This document shows, piece by piece, positions 1 through 9,812 of a stretch of 47,189 nucleotides of DNA (within the stretch, counting starts at the first letter, position 1; each line of letters starts with the position of its first letter). The notes beneath the pieces were generated by a model. That model worked only from the letters and a program-made list of their open reading frames with translations. It searched no databases and had not been told where the DNA came from. The DNA lies in IMG/VR virus record IMGVR_UViG_646311924_000019. One strand, 5' to 3'. A program made the translations under genes and the position numbers. The stretch is from a virus. Taxonomy: Duplodnaviria; Heunggongvirae; Uroviricota; Caudoviricetes.

Positions 1-987
1 CTAATTGTGTCTGTCCACATCCCCAAATGTAAAGATATAAGGAGCACCATGATACAGTTGGATCTGATTTACATCCTGTAAATTCTCGTCGATAGCCACC
101 CCTGGAAAATCATGTTGCTGGATAAATCCGTATCCTATGTTAGTCACAGCGGAATACTCTGTGAAATCAGGACTCGCCTCATATCGGTCACTGATCGTAC
201 CCAGTCTTTCGAAGAAAGCCCTCTCATTCTTTTCATGCCTCATGGCAGCCTGTCGAAGGGCATTCAGGTTACGTAGTCTAAGATGAGCTTCTCGTTCTGG
301 CTCTGCATATCCTTTGAAGTCGGGAACACTCCATCCCAACTCTTGAGCGACACGACGTGCGAGAATCTCGGTGGGTCCTAGCTCTATATTACTATCTCCA
401 GATGGATCGCTGGCCCCAGTAACATGATGAATAATCTCGTGAATCAGTCCTTCCTGCCACGATGGCATCTCATAAGAATCAGTATCTGGCGCAACACTAA
501 AACTGACATAAGGCTCTTCGTTCTCGTTTTCTCCTGCCTCGCAAATGGGGAGAATTGGTTCTTTCCCGACATCGTATTCATATAATTCGGTACAGGTTAA
601 TGATTGAATATCATCAACTTTGACAGGGGATTCTTCGTTACGTTCGTATTCGTTTCTGTATTTAATGCTACCAATGTATACTTCCTTATTATGAATGCCA
701 TAGCTTACGGCATCACGAAAGGTCTGTGATCGACTCAAAGCATCAAGTACAGTGTTGCCAATCATATCGACCGTATGCTGATCGATGAGCCTGCTACGGC
801 TGTCATGGACGGCGCGAATGACATTTTCGTATACGTTGCTTAAATCTGCCGCGGAAAGTGGTGTTTGCTTGCCTATATCCAAAACGTAATCCGCATAGGC
901 ATTGTCCGCACGATTTGGGGCAACGGCAGCAGAGTATCCAGCAGGGGCAAAAAAGTTGAAACTAGGCTGGAGAACGGGAATTTTCAT
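1..987 (-). CDS. nleC: Type III secretion effector NleC, zinc metalloprotease
   Basis: 328-aa ORF with ATG start; HEIIHH zinc-protease motif and N-terminus MKIPVLQPSFNF recognised from memory as NleC; sits beyond the tail fibre genes at the prophage end. Confidence 0.85.
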   Translation of the reverse strand: MKIPVLQPSFNFFAPAGYSAAVAPNRADNAYADYVLDIGKQTPLSAADLSNVYENVIRAVHDSRSRLIDQHTVDMIGNTVLDALSRSQTFRDAVSYGIHNKEVYIGSIKYRNEYERNEESPVKVDDIQSLTCTELYEYDVGKEPILPICEAGENENEEPYVSFSVAPDTDSYEMPSWQEGLIHEIIHHVTGASDPSGDSNIELGPTEILARRVAQELGWSVPDFKGYAEPEREAHLRLRNLNALRQAAMRHEKNERAFFERLGTISDRYEASPDFTEYSAVTNIGYGFIQQHDFPGVAIDENLQDVNQIQLYHGAPYIFTFGDVDRHN

Positions 988-1376
988 ATTGATACTTAAT
1001 ATGGTTTTATATATTTCAGTGCCACCAATTCACTAGCCCAGACGATAACGGACAGCATAGCTTTTATCCCTGCAAGGCAGGTGTTCCAACGAGTAACAGG
1101 AACGTTTAAAGCTCCCATACACATGTGAGCTAATGACACCACAATGGTAAACCTTCCTTATCGTAGCAAGGCTTACCAAGTTTAATGAGCTGCCTGCTCT
1201 GTGATTTGCAATATATATTGGCATCACGTAGCAACAGACATCAACGCCATGCTAATGGATAATACTGCTCAAAAATATCAGTAAAATTTCCCTTTGCATG
1301 GCTTGTTAATATATCAGCTAAAACCGCAGTGCATGAAAATGCATTTACTTAACAAATATCCCCCGGACATTGCAAC

Positions 1377-1406
1377 ACAAAAAACCGGAGCCGGACTCCG
1401 GTTTTT
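1377..1406 (-). terminator. Intrinsic terminator, apparently bidirectional, ending the tail fibre operon
   Basis: GC hairpin ccggag/ctccgg flanked by an A-run on one side and a T-run on the other. Confidence 0.6.
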
Positions 1407-1419
1407 GTGAAGCTGTCGG

Positions 1420-1728
1420 CTATTTCATTCCGCCAATATTTTCCCACCTCCCGTCAGCACGCAGAATTTGCAGCGGTCTTACCACGCACTGTATCTGCTT
1501 TTTATCCGCATCCAGTATCACCACCTGCGTGATTACCCTGTCCTGCTCCGGAATAATACCATTCTCATCGGACTCCAGGATGTCTGCCGGCCCCAGTCGC
1601 AGTTGTGCTGTAAGTAACCCCCCGTGTTCACGGTCATCATGCTTTCCGTGCCCGCACAGACGCTGCATAAGTTTTTTTAGTATGTTCATGTCATTCTCCT
1701 GTTCTGCCTGTATCACTGCCCACTTCAT
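1420..1728 (-). CDS. Hypothetical protein following the tail fibre gene, possible tail fibre assembly/chaperone
   Basis: 102-aa ORF with ATG start, overlaps the 3' end of the fibre gene in the Tfa position; no similarity to lambda Tfa recognised. Confidence 0.45.
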   Translation of the reverse strand: MKWAVIQAEQENDMNILKKLMQRLCGHGKHDDREHGGLLTAQLRLGPADILESDENGIIPEQDRVITQVVILDADKKQIQCVVRPLQILRADGRWENIGGMK

Positions 1729-3004
1729 TCAGCCCCTTAACATCCTGCCACGGCCCGTCACCAAACCTGACCTGCAAATGCCGAAACAGCCCCTGAACCT
1801 GTGTGGCATCTTTGGGGTCAAGAAAGGTCAGTCCGGTGATGAGTGCGCCATCTGTATCCGGGAACCAGCCATGGCTGTTTGTCTCAATAATGTTTCCCGG
1901 CCCCAGACGGAACCGTATTTGTGTCTCCCCCGGGTCGCCCTTCGGTCCCTGAGGTCCGGTTGCCCCCACCGGGCCAGCCGCACCTGTTTCTCCTTTCGGT
2001 CCCTGTGGGCCTGCCGGGCCTGCTGCCCCGGTGTCTCCCTTTGGACCCTGTGGACCTGCATTTCCCGTCAGACCGGTCTCTCCCCGCTCTCCCCTGTCAC
2101 CTTTCGGCCCCTGCGGGCCTGCCGGACCAGCATCACCTGCCGGTCCCCGTTCGCCGGTTGCCCCGACAGGGCCGGTGTCACCGCGCTCTCCCTTATCACC
2201 CTTCGGCCCCTGAGGACCCGCGGGCCCCTGTTCCCCCTTTGGCCCGGGAGGTCCCACCACGGTGGGGATTCTGTTTACGGCTTCTTCCGCCGCTATCCTG
2301 CTTTGTTCCGCTGACTGTGCGCTTTCTGCTGACTCCCGGGCTTTTTCTGTTGCGGTCGTTGCATCCCTGGCTGCATTACCGGCTGCACTTTCTGCCGTCT
2401 TTTTTGACAATTCAGCTTCTGCTGCACTTTGTGATGACTCACTGGCTTTTTGAGCGGCCGCAGAAGCCGAGGACGAGGACGCATCCTCTGACTGCTTTGC
2501 AGCGGCTGCACTTTCTGCCGCCTGCCGGGCTGACTCCGATGCCTCCCCTGCTGAAGTGTCAGCATTTGCAGCGCTCTCTTCTGCCTGACTGGCTGATATG
2601 CCGGCATTCCTCGCTGACGTCTCCGCCTCTCCGGCATTCTTCTTCGCCTCCTCAGCGTGACGCGCCACCTCTTCCACCATCAGTTCAAAACGGCGCAGTG
2701 CCTCCGGCCGGACGTCACCCTCCGTCATGGCACCGAGAAAATCATTCAGCGTACCGGGTCGGGAATCTTCATACACGGTGATGGTCCCGGCATGTGACGG
2801 CGGGAATCCTTCCACCAACAGAATGACGCTGTACTGACCGTACTCAACGTCCATGCTGTAACGACCGGCTTCATCCGGATTTTCAGAGGCCACCGTGTTC
2901 ACCACCACCGTGCTGCTGGTCCGTCTGGCTTTCAGTTGAATGGTGCAGTTCTCTACCGGTTTTCCTGTGCCGTCTTTCAGTACACCTGAAATCTTTACTG
3001 CCAT
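1691..3004 (-). CDS. stf: Side tail fibre protein with collagen-like Gly-X-Y repeats
   Basis: N-terminus [16 protein letters not shown] matches lambda Stf; long GPQGPKGD repeat block; track ORF starts 6 nt upstream at a GTG, the ATG at 3004 is preferred. Confidence 0.85.
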   Translation of the reverse strand: MAVKISGVLKDGTGKPVENCTIQLKARRTSSTVVVNTVASENPDEAGRYSMDVEYGQYSVILLVEGFPPSHAGTITVYEDSRPGTLNDFLGAMTEGDVRPEALRRFELMVEEVARHAEEAKKNAGEAETSARNAGISASQAEESAANADTSAGEASESARQAAESAAAAKQSEDASSSSASAAAQKASESSQSAAEAELSKKTAESAAGNAARDATTATEKARESAESAQSAEQSRIAAEEAVNRIPTVVGPPGPKGEQGPAGPQGPKGDKGERGDTGPVGATGERGPAGDAGPAGPQGPKGDRGERGETGLTGNAGPQGPKGDTGAAGPAGPQGPKGETGAAGPVGATGPQGPKGDPGETQIRFRLGPGNIIETNSHGWFPDTDGALITGLTFLDPKDATQVQGLFRHLQVRFGDGPWQDVKGLNEVGSDTGRTGE

Positions 3005-3013
3005 ATTCACCCC

Positions 3014-3042
3014 ACAAAAAAGCCCGCCTGAACCGGCGGGCT
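3014..3042 (-). terminator. Intrinsic terminator downstream of lom
   Basis: Hairpin gcccgcc/ggcgggc followed by a T-run on the minus strand. Confidence 0.6.
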
Positions 3043-3068
3043 GTCATAACACTGTGTTACCTGGCTAA

Positions 3069-3668
3069 TCAGAATTTATAACCGACACCCACGATGAAAC
3101 CGTCAGTGCGCCAGTCGCCACTGCCGGAGCCTTCATAAGCAATATCAATGGCCACGGATTCGATCGGGTTAAACTGCACGCCAGCTCCCCACGCCAGAGA
3201 CGTGTTGCTGTGGCGACCGTCATCACTTCCGGTCAGCACATCGTGCGTTTTCCCCTTGTTGTCAGTTACGCGGAGATAATCCCCGGAGAAAGTCGACACA
3301 CGGCTGTAAGCCACTCCCGCCATCGCATACGCGCTGAACCATTCATTCACGCGCACAGACGGCCCCGCCATTACGCTGAACCAGCGGTTACGAACGAAAT
3401 CTTCATGCCAGCGGGTATCGCTGTAATGGGTCAGCTGGCGATTCCTGTCTCCTGCATAGCTGAACGACGTCACCATCCCCAGTGTGTCCGTAAACTCATA
3501 ACGGTATTTCACGTTAATCCCGTTCAGTTCATCGCTGCCGGGAACGTTCGTCGAGACATGAAGATACCCCGCGCTCAGCGTGGACTGATGTTCAGATGCC
3601 CATGCAGGCGCACCGGATACGGCCAGACAAATGGCTGCGGACAAAATGGCGGCATAAAGTTTACGCAT
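3069..3668 (-). CDS. lom: Outer membrane protein Lom (Ail/Lom family)
   Basis: 199-aa ORF nearly identical over its length to lambda Lom as recalled, signal peptide present. Confidence 0.9.
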   Translation of the reverse strand: MRKLYAAILSAAICLAVSGAPAWASEHQSTLSAGYLHVSTNVPGSDELNGINVKYRYEFTDTLGMVTSFSYAGDRNRQLTHYSDTRWHEDFVRNRWFSVMAGPSVRVNEWFSAYAMAGVAYSRVSTFSGDYLRVTDNKGKTHDVLTGSDDGRHSNTSLAWGAGVQFNPIESVAIDIAYEGSGSGDWRTDGFIVGVGYKF

Positions 3669-3691
3669 AATTACCTCTCGCTTTTCTGCAA

Positions 3692-3717
3692 TAAAAAAGG
3701 CGTCATTTCTGACGCCC
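3692..3717 (-). terminator. Intrinsic terminator downstream of J
   Basis: Hairpin ggcgtca/tgacgcc followed by a T-run on the minus strand. Confidence 0.55.
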
Positions 3718-3734
3718 GTTATGGGTTATAAAAT

Positions 3735-6700
3735 TCAGCTGATACTGATACCTGCTGTGGATTTTTTCATCACCACAACCAGCAGATCGCTGATACTGGT
3801 TGTTGGTGTCCAGTTATTCGCTCCTGATGAAGATACGGTGAATGTCAGTGTCAGCGTCCCCTGTCCGGCAGGCATATCTATAACTGAAGAAAATACGCCC
3901 TGAGCATCCGTCGTGGACTGATTAAAAATCTCCTGACCATTGCGGGTCACTCTTAACCGGCAGGTTGAATACCAGTATGACTGTTGGTTATTACTGTTGA
4001 AATTCTCATGCTTACCACCGCGGAATAACACTGGCGGTATCATGACCTGCCGGTCAAACTTCTGATCATCACTGATTCTTACCGTGATGGTGCCACTGGC
4101 ATAAGTGCTCGTGCGGGGGAAAGACTTGCTGACCGTTTTGACAATATCGCCTTCAATCTGGTTGGCTGACAGTTTCCCCTTAATCTGACAGTTCTCATTA
4201 ATCGTGACGTTGTTGAGCGTCCCTGAGTTCGCATTCACACTGCCACTGATATCCGCATTTTTCGCCGTCAGTCGCCCGTCCGGCGTCAGGGAAAATGCCG
4301 GAGGATTGCCGGATGATGTGATGCTCACCGCAAACAGTCGTTTCAGGAACACGTCGTTCATGAACAGCTGATTCCCCTGCGCCACAAATAACGGCGTGCT
4401 GTTGCCGCTCTCCGGATTTATCATCGCGATACGGTCAGCCAGCAGCAGTATGTTGCTCAGTGGCTGGCCATCAGTATCCTCAATCCCTGCACCAATCCCG
4501 GCCACATAGGGAATGCCGTCTTTCGTTTTTTGAACCTTCAGCATGTACAGCGCAGCCAGGTCATCATTTGTGTCCTTCTGCACGCGCTGTATCTGCTGTA
4601 TGGTGGCGCTCTGGTCCTCCAGCGTTTTACTGACCGTCTGTGTGATTTCATTGCGGGTTTCCGTGATGCTGGTCTTCATCTCCGCCATCTCATCCGCAAG
4701 CTGGCTGTTATCTATCAGTTCCCACACCCCCTGAGCCAGATGCAGTTTTCCTATTTTTTCCCGGAAAAATTCCAGATACCCTTCACCATCATTGCTGGGC
4801 TGCCCGCTGACTTCCACAAACGCAGATTTCCCCACCAGGTTGACGCTGCGCACGTAAAACCAGAAATCCTTCCCGGGCTTAATGTGCGGGCCGGATACAC
4901 TCCACTGACTGCCGGTCCCCAGATAACGGGCAGAGGTTTCCACCTGAGATGTGTCTGCGATTTTTGCCTCCGAAAACCAGAACTCAAACTGTACCGTCGG
5001 GTCATAAACGGCAAGATGCGGCGTGGCGGTTATCTGAAAATAGCCCGGCGTCAGCTCAATCCGCGACGGTGCTGCCGGTGCGGCAATCCGGAAGGTGGTG
5101 GTGGCAGGTTCACCCTGCTGGCCATAGCTGTTTATCGCCCGCACCGTCAGGGTGTATTCCCCGAGCGGCAGGCCGCTGAAACGGTGCTCCGTGTCTGCGG
5201 TGATGGCGGTGGTCACCAGTCTGGCATCCGTTCCCTTACCACTGGTCAGGCGCAGACTGAAGCGCACGCCCTTCACCACCCGCGGCGTGTCCCATTTCGC
5301 CTGTGCCAGATACTGACCGTCAGCCGCGCTCACCTCCACCGTCAGGTGCTGCACAGCCGGCGGGATGACGCTGTTCAGCGAACCGGACAGTGGCTCAAAG
5401 CTGGCCCCGTTATCCACAATGGCTTCTTTTTCCGGTACGTGCTGCACCGCCGTGATGGCAAAGGTGCCGTCCGTGTTTTCCCGGATGGAGACACAGCGGA
5501 ACAGGCGACGACGCAGTGACGGCAGGGAGAGTCCCCATACACCGTATGTCTCCACGCCATCCGGCAGGGTGCTGACCTGTATCCGGTCCGGCGCGGGGTG
5601 TGCAGTGATGGCCACGCTCACCGGCTTACCGCTGCCGTTAATCAGGTTCACCGTCGGTGTACCTGTCTCCGGCAGGGTCACCTCACGGTCCAGTGTCAGG
5701 GTGCGGCTGGCGGCATCGATGGACAGGACACGTCCGCCGGTCATGGTCCCGGCATAGTCGTTATCACAGATTTCAATAATGTCACCGGGTGTGTGACGCA
5801 GCCCCTGAGACCCGAGCGTGAAATCCACCGTCTGCGTTTCCAGCAGTCCGGTCTTTATCACCCACAGTCCGGCACGGTAGGCCTGACCGCGGCTGGTACA
5901 GCCGAACGCGTCCATCTTCAGCAGGTTGCGTCCGTAGCGCAGTATGGCTTCCGGGTCTTCCACCAGTTCCGTGGAGGTCTGCCAGCCGTTCTGCGGGTCG
6001 GTGTAATTCACCTCCACCGCCGTGTGCCGGTCCTTCAGGGCACTGAAGCTGTAGCGGAATCCCACGCCGTTATCATCCACCACCACATCGCTGTTGGTGT
6101 ACGGCCACACCACATCCGACGGGCGGTCCTGAACGAACGTCAGCGTCTGACCGTTCCATACCGGCATACAGCGCATCGCAGAGCAGAAATCACTGAGAAC
6201 GTCCCACGCCTTACGCTGTTGTGCCAGGTACGCATTAAAGGTCATCCGCGGCTCGGTCCCCCCGAAACCATCCGGGACCGTCTGGTCGCAGTACTGCCCG
6301 ATGGCATACAGCGCCCACTTGTCCACATCCGCCGCCCCCAGACGTTTTCCCATGCCGTAGCGCGGGTGAGTCAGCATGTCCCACAGACACCAGGCCGGGT
6401 TGTTGCTGTATGCCGGTTTCAGACTGCCGTCCCAGATACCACTGTACGTGCGTTTTTCCGGGTCGTAGTTTGACGGCACCTGGATGATGCGACCGCGGAT
6501 ATGGTAGTTCACCGTCATCTGCTGGCCGCCGAACTGCTCCGCATCCACCTGCAGCCCCACAATGGCCGTGTTCGGGTAGCACTGTTTCACATCGATGATT
6601 TCGGTGTATGACGACCACAGCGTCTTATTCTGCAGCTGGTCCGTGGTGCTGTCCGCCGTCTCCCTGACCATCCGGATGTTAAAGGGCCGGGGCGGCAGAT

Positions 6701-7211
6701 TATCCAGAATCACCGACGCCAGGAACTGCGAGGTGGTCTTGCCGTTAATGGTGACATCCTTTTCTGTCACCCAGTTACCGTTACGCTGTAACTGAATCAG
6801 CAGGCGGACGGATGCCGGGTTACGGTCACCCTTTGAGGTGGTCTCCACCAGTGACTGCACCCCGAAGGTAACCCGCAGGCGGTCAATGTTCGCGGACGTA
6901 ATGGTGCGCGTCACCGGTTTTGCCTTCGTCACTTCCACGCCCAGTCCGGTTTCAGCTCCGGAGGACTCAAAGCCTTCCGGTGGTGTCTGCTCCTGCTCCC
7001 CGGCACGCCAGACCGCAGTCACACCGTGTATCACGGGATTACCGTCCGTGTCCGTCAGCGGGGTTTTGTTCACCAGAATACTCTGCAGCCCCTTCACCGG
7101 ACCTTCAATCGGCCCTTCACCAATGGCATCAATCACGCTCATCATCTGCGTGGACTTAAGATTGTCCTTTGCCTCAACCGGCGTGTGCGCCTTGCCGCCA
7201 CCTTTACCCAC
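3735..7211 (-). CDS. J: Tail tip host specificity protein J
   Basis: 1158-aa ORF collinear with lambda J ([11 protein letters not shown]...); GTG start with GGAGAGGGGG Shine-Dalgarno; C-terminal receptor-binding part diverges from lambda. Confidence 0.9.
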   Translation of the reverse strand: MGKGGGKAHTPVEAKDNLKSTQMMSVIDAIGEGPIEGPVKGLQSILVNKTPLTDTDGNPVIHGVTAVWRAGEQEQTPPEGFESSGAETGLGVEVTKAKPVTRTITSANIDRLRVTFGVQSLVETTSKGDRNPASVRLLIQLQRNGNWVTEKDVTINGKTTSQFLASVILDNLPPRPFNIRMVRETADSTTDQLQNKTLWSSYTEIIDVKQCYPNTAIVGLQVDAEQFGGQQMTVNYHIRGRIIQVPSNYDPEKRTYSGIWDGSLKPAYSNNPAWCLWDMLTHPRYGMGKRLGAADVDKWALYAIGQYCDQTVPDGFGGTEPRMTFNAYLAQQRKAWDVLSDFCSAMRCMPVWNGQTLTFVQDRPSDVVWPYTNSDVVVDDNGVGFRYSFSALKDRHTAVEVNYTDPQNGWQTSTELVEDPEAILRYGRNLLKMDAFGCTSRGQAYRAGLWVIKTGLLETQTVDFTLGSQGLRHTPGDIIEICDNDYAGTMTGGRVLSIDAASRTLTLDREVTLPETGTPTVNLINGSGKPVSVAITAHPAPDRIQVSTLPDGVETYGVWGLSLPSLRRRLFRCVSIRENTDGTFAITAVQHVPEKEAIVDNGASFEPLSGSLNSVIPPAVQHLTVEVSAADGQYLAQAKWDTPRVVKGVRFSLRLTSGKGTDARLVTTAITADTEHRFSGLPLGEYTLTVRAINSYGQQGEPATTTFRIAAPAAPSRIELTPGYFQITATPHLAVYDPTVQFEFWFSEAKIADTSQVETSARYLGTGSQWSVSGPHIKPGKDFWFYVRSVNLVGKSAFVEVSGQPSNDGEGYLEFFREKIGKLHLAQGVWELIDNSQLADEMAEMKTSITETRNEITQTVSKTLEDQSATIQQIQRVQKDTNDDLAALYMLKVQKTKDGIPYVAGIGAGIEDTDGQPLSNILLLADRIAMINPESGNSTPLFVAQGNQLFMNDVFLKRLFAVSITSSGNPPAFSLTPDGRLTAKNADISGSVNANSGTLNNVTINENCQIKGKLSANQIEGDIVKTVSKSFPRTSTYASGTITVRISDDQKFDRQVMIPPVLFRGGKHENFNSNNQQSYWYSTCRLRVTRNGQEIFNQSTTDAQGVFSSVIDMPAGQGTLTLTFTVSSSGANNWTPTTSISDLLVVVMKKSTAGISIS

Positions 7212-7254
7212 TCTGTCCCCCTCTCCTGTCTGATGTCTGAATCTGTTTATGCCC

Positions 7255-7286
7255 CAAAAACGACAGGCACCCCGGAGGGTGCCTGT
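7255..7286 (-). terminator. Terminator-like hairpin just upstream of J
   Basis: 10-bp stem acaggcaccc/gggtgcctgt followed on the minus strand by a T-run. Confidence 0.4.
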
Positions 7287-7420
7287 GTCATGACGGAATA
7301 AAATTTCTGAATTTCTTCACATTTTCTGTACGCCCCCGTGGCAGATATCATTCCCGGGCGTTACAGTTTTTTCGGGCCAATAAAAACAAAACTCCCTGTG
7401 GTTAATCTTCATTTTCTGTT

Positions 7421-7452
7421 CCCGCAGCCTCCATACACTGCGGGATTTTTTT
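7421..7452 (+). terminator. Plus-strand intrinsic terminator abutting the I stop codon
   Basis: Hairpin cccgcag/ctgcggg followed by attttttt on the plus strand; no T-run on the minus strand. Confidence 0.4.
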
Positions 7453-7457
7453 ATGCT

Positions 7458-8138
7458 TTACCCCTGCCGCCCGATAACCACCACCTTCCCGTCACCGCCT
7501 TCATCACGGGTACTGATGTCCTGGGAGATTCGCCGTGAGCCAACCAGCATTTCACCGTAAGGCACCGGCATCGGGTTCCCCTGGGCAATCATGTTATCCA
7601 GCGACGAAAAGTACGTGTTCTGTTTACCGTTATCCGTTGCCCTGTATTCCGGTGTTTTTGGCTTCGGGGCCAGCATCTGTGCCACACCACCCAGTATCAT
7701 GCTGGCACCCAGTGAAAACAGCATCGTGGTGGCAGAAAAACCACCGGCTGCCAGGGCTGAACCCCATAACGCCATCGATGCCCCGGCAGTGAAGAAAGAG
7801 CCCACGATGGCTGCCGCCCCCAGCACAATCTGCAGTCCACCCTTTCCGGCCCCGGCCAGTCGCGGCACAATGTGGATGACCGTTCCCTCACCCAGCTGTT
7901 CGTGAAGACGGGCGTACACCGCCTCCGGTGCCGTGTCCTCACCGCGAATACGTATCTGGTACCAGCCTTCGTTCATCTGACGGCGGAATCCCGGCATCTG
8001 CAGCGACAGGGCACGGATGGCTTCCGCTGCCGTGTTCACGTACAGGCTGAGGCGGCGGCCAAATCGTTGCAAATCCCCGTGAAGGCAGATGCGTGCCAGT
8101 GGCGGTGACGCCAGACAGAATGCGTTCGTCGTTGCCAT
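7458..8138 (-). CDS. I: Tail assembly protein I
   Basis: 226-aa ORF matching lambda gpI; ATG start. Confidence 0.85.
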   Translation of the reverse strand: MATTNAFCLASPPLARICLHGDLQRFGRRLSLYVNTAAEAIRALSLQMPGFRRQMNEGWYQIRIRGEDTAPEAVYARLHEQLGEGTVIHIVPRLAGAGKGGLQIVLGAAAIVGSFFTAGASMALWGSALAAGGFSATTMLFSLGASMILGGVAQMLAPKPKTPEYRATDNGKQNTYFSSLDNMIAQGNPMPVPYGEMLVGSRRISQDISTRDEGGDGKVVVIGRQG

Positions 8139-8779
8139 TTTTCAGAATACCTCTCCCGTTTACTCAGTTGTTCAGGCAGATGGTGAAGCAGTTCACCGTT
8201 GCCGCAGTAAATGGCGGCATGATTGGCCACCGATGCGCCAAAGCAGCACAGCAGGATATCGCCCGCCTGTGCAGAGGACAGGGGCACCCGGTAAAAGCCG
8301 GTGACCGCCATATTGTCCAGGTAAAGGTTCTGACCGTTACGCCACCAGTCATCCTCACGCTCAAAATCCGGCATATCAATTCCCGCCAGATGGTATGCAT
8401 CCCGGAACAGCGTGTAACAGTCCGTCACCCCGTGCTCAAAGCGCCGTCCTGTCAGATGTGGCACACAGCGGAATTTATGAATGTCCCCCCGGCAGACCAG
8501 CCACCAGGACAGTGCACTTTTTATCTGCAGCCGCCGGTCGGCCTCGCTCAGCCAGGGCAGACCACCGGGATGACTGTGGACCAGTGCCACAATCTCCCCC
8601 TGCATCTCTGCCCGCAGCCAGTCTTCCGGTGCAATACGAAAATACGCCTCCGGCTCTGCAGAGATATTCACACAAGGGATATACCGCTCCCCCTCCGGCG
8701 TTCTCACCACGAAGCCGCACGACTCCGCAGGCACACACCGCCGGGCATGCGCCAGAATCGCTGATTCTGTCTGTGTCAT
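8036..8779 (-). CDS. K: Tail assembly protein K (NlpC/P60 and MPN domains)
   Basis: 247-aa ORF matching lambda gpK (MTQTESAILAHARRC...); overlaps I by about 100 nt. Confidence 0.85.
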   Translation of the reverse strand: MTQTESAILAHARRCVPAESCGFVVRTPEGERYIPCVNISAEPEAYFRIAPEDWLRAEMQGEIVALVHSHPGGLPWLSEADRRLQIKSALSWWLVCRGDIHKFRCVPHLTGRRFEHGVTDCYTLFRDAYHLAGIDMPDFEREDDWWRNGQNLYLDNMAVTGFYRVPLSSAQAGDILLCCFGASVANHAAIYCGNGELLHHLPEQLSKRERYSEKWQRRTHSVWRHRHWHASAFTGICNDLAAASACT

Positions 8780-8784
8780 TGGAT

Positions 8785-9483
8785 TTACTGCGAAAGTTTG
8801 TTAATGGAAAGGAAACCGCCAAAATTAGCCACCATGCCGCGCATCTCACACCCGCGCATGCACTTGCTGCATCTGTCCTTACGGATATCGGTGGTGGGTT
8901 TATCGAACTCATCCGCCACCGCAGGACCGTTATACCCGCATTCATCTCCCCGGTAATCCCACATACAGGTGTTCGCCAGCATGATGCGACCGGGAAACAG
9001 CGCTCCGTCCGTCTCCGTCGGTGTGGCCAGCACAAACGAGGCCGTCATGGCCGTCAGCTCTGACATCTGCTCCACCACCCACCGGTCAGTCAGCTCCTGC
9101 TCCGGGTCGGCCTCCGGATTGCCTGCCACAAAGTTCACCGCATCCAGAAAACGCGCATACACCCGGCGGCGGACCACCGTGGCACCCACCAGGCTCTGCA
9201 AATCCTCCGCCATCCCGGTGACAAGACCGAACAGATTGGACACCGTCAGCGACGGGCGGGCACTGCTGCCCTTTCCGTTCATCTCAAAGCCGCTGCCCTC
9301 AATCGGGTACGCCTGATATTCACGCCCCTGCCAGGTCACCGGCTCCCCTTTTTCATTCAGCTCATTGCAGAAAAAATACCGCTCACCGCCCTGCGCCGTC
9401 AGGTCGATTTCCCAGAGTACCACCCGCGGTGACTGCTCTGATTTAACCGACTCGTTCAGACTTTCTTCGTGAATATCCTGCAT
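8785..9483 (-). CDS. L: Minor tail protein L
   Basis: 232-aa ORF matching lambda gpL including the C-terminal Cys cluster. Confidence 0.9.
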   Translation of the reverse strand: MQDIHEESLNESVKSEQSPRVVLWEIDLTAQGGERYFFCNELNEKGEPVTWQGREYQAYPIEGSGFEMNGKGSSARPSLTVSNLFGLVTGMAEDLQSLVGATVVRRRVYARFLDAVNFVAGNPEADPEQELTDRWVVEQMSELTAMTASFVLATPTETDGALFPGRIMLANTCMWDYRGDECGYNGPAVADEFDKPTTDIRKDRCSKCMRGCEMRGMVANFGGFLSINKLSQ

Positions 9484-9812
9484 CAGTTCACCACCTGCTT
9501 AAACTCCGCGCTGAACTCAACGCGCAACATCCCGACCCGCGCAGACCACCCGGCACAGGTCACCTTTATCTGCCGGTATGCATAGGGTGGCTTCCACAAA
9601 AATGCCTTCCAGCCTCCGTGCTCTGCCAGGAACGCTTCCAGATGCCGGGCCTCCTCCCGGGTCACGGAAAGCGTCACACGGTATGTTTTCAGGTCAGCAT
9701 TCAGCCCTGCCGCCATACGCTGTGAGTACCCGTCACCAAAACGCACTTCACGCACCGACGGCTGCGAGTTCACCTCCATATCCGGCTTCACTTTCCAGCG
9801 AAAGGTTTTCAT
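9483..9812 (-). CDS. M: Minor tail protein M
   Basis: 109-aa ORF matching lambda gpM. Confidence 0.9.
   Translation of the reverse strand: MKTFRWKVKPDMEVNSQPSVREVRFGDGYSQRMAAGLNADLKTYRVTLSVTREEARHLEAFLAEHGGWKAFLWKPPYAYRQIKVTCAGWSARVGMLRVEFSAEFKQVVN

Noticed and set aside
1370-2781. Plus-strand ORFs 1370-2314 and 1921-2781, Pro/Ser/Cys-rich
   Set aside because: Antisense to the tail fibre gene; composition reflects the reverse complement of the collagen-like and Ala-rich repeats.
4530-6473. Plus-strand ORFs 4530-5519 and 5598-6473
   Set aside because: Antisense to J; Arg/His-rich translation with no start context; J is a strongly supported ORF on the other strand.
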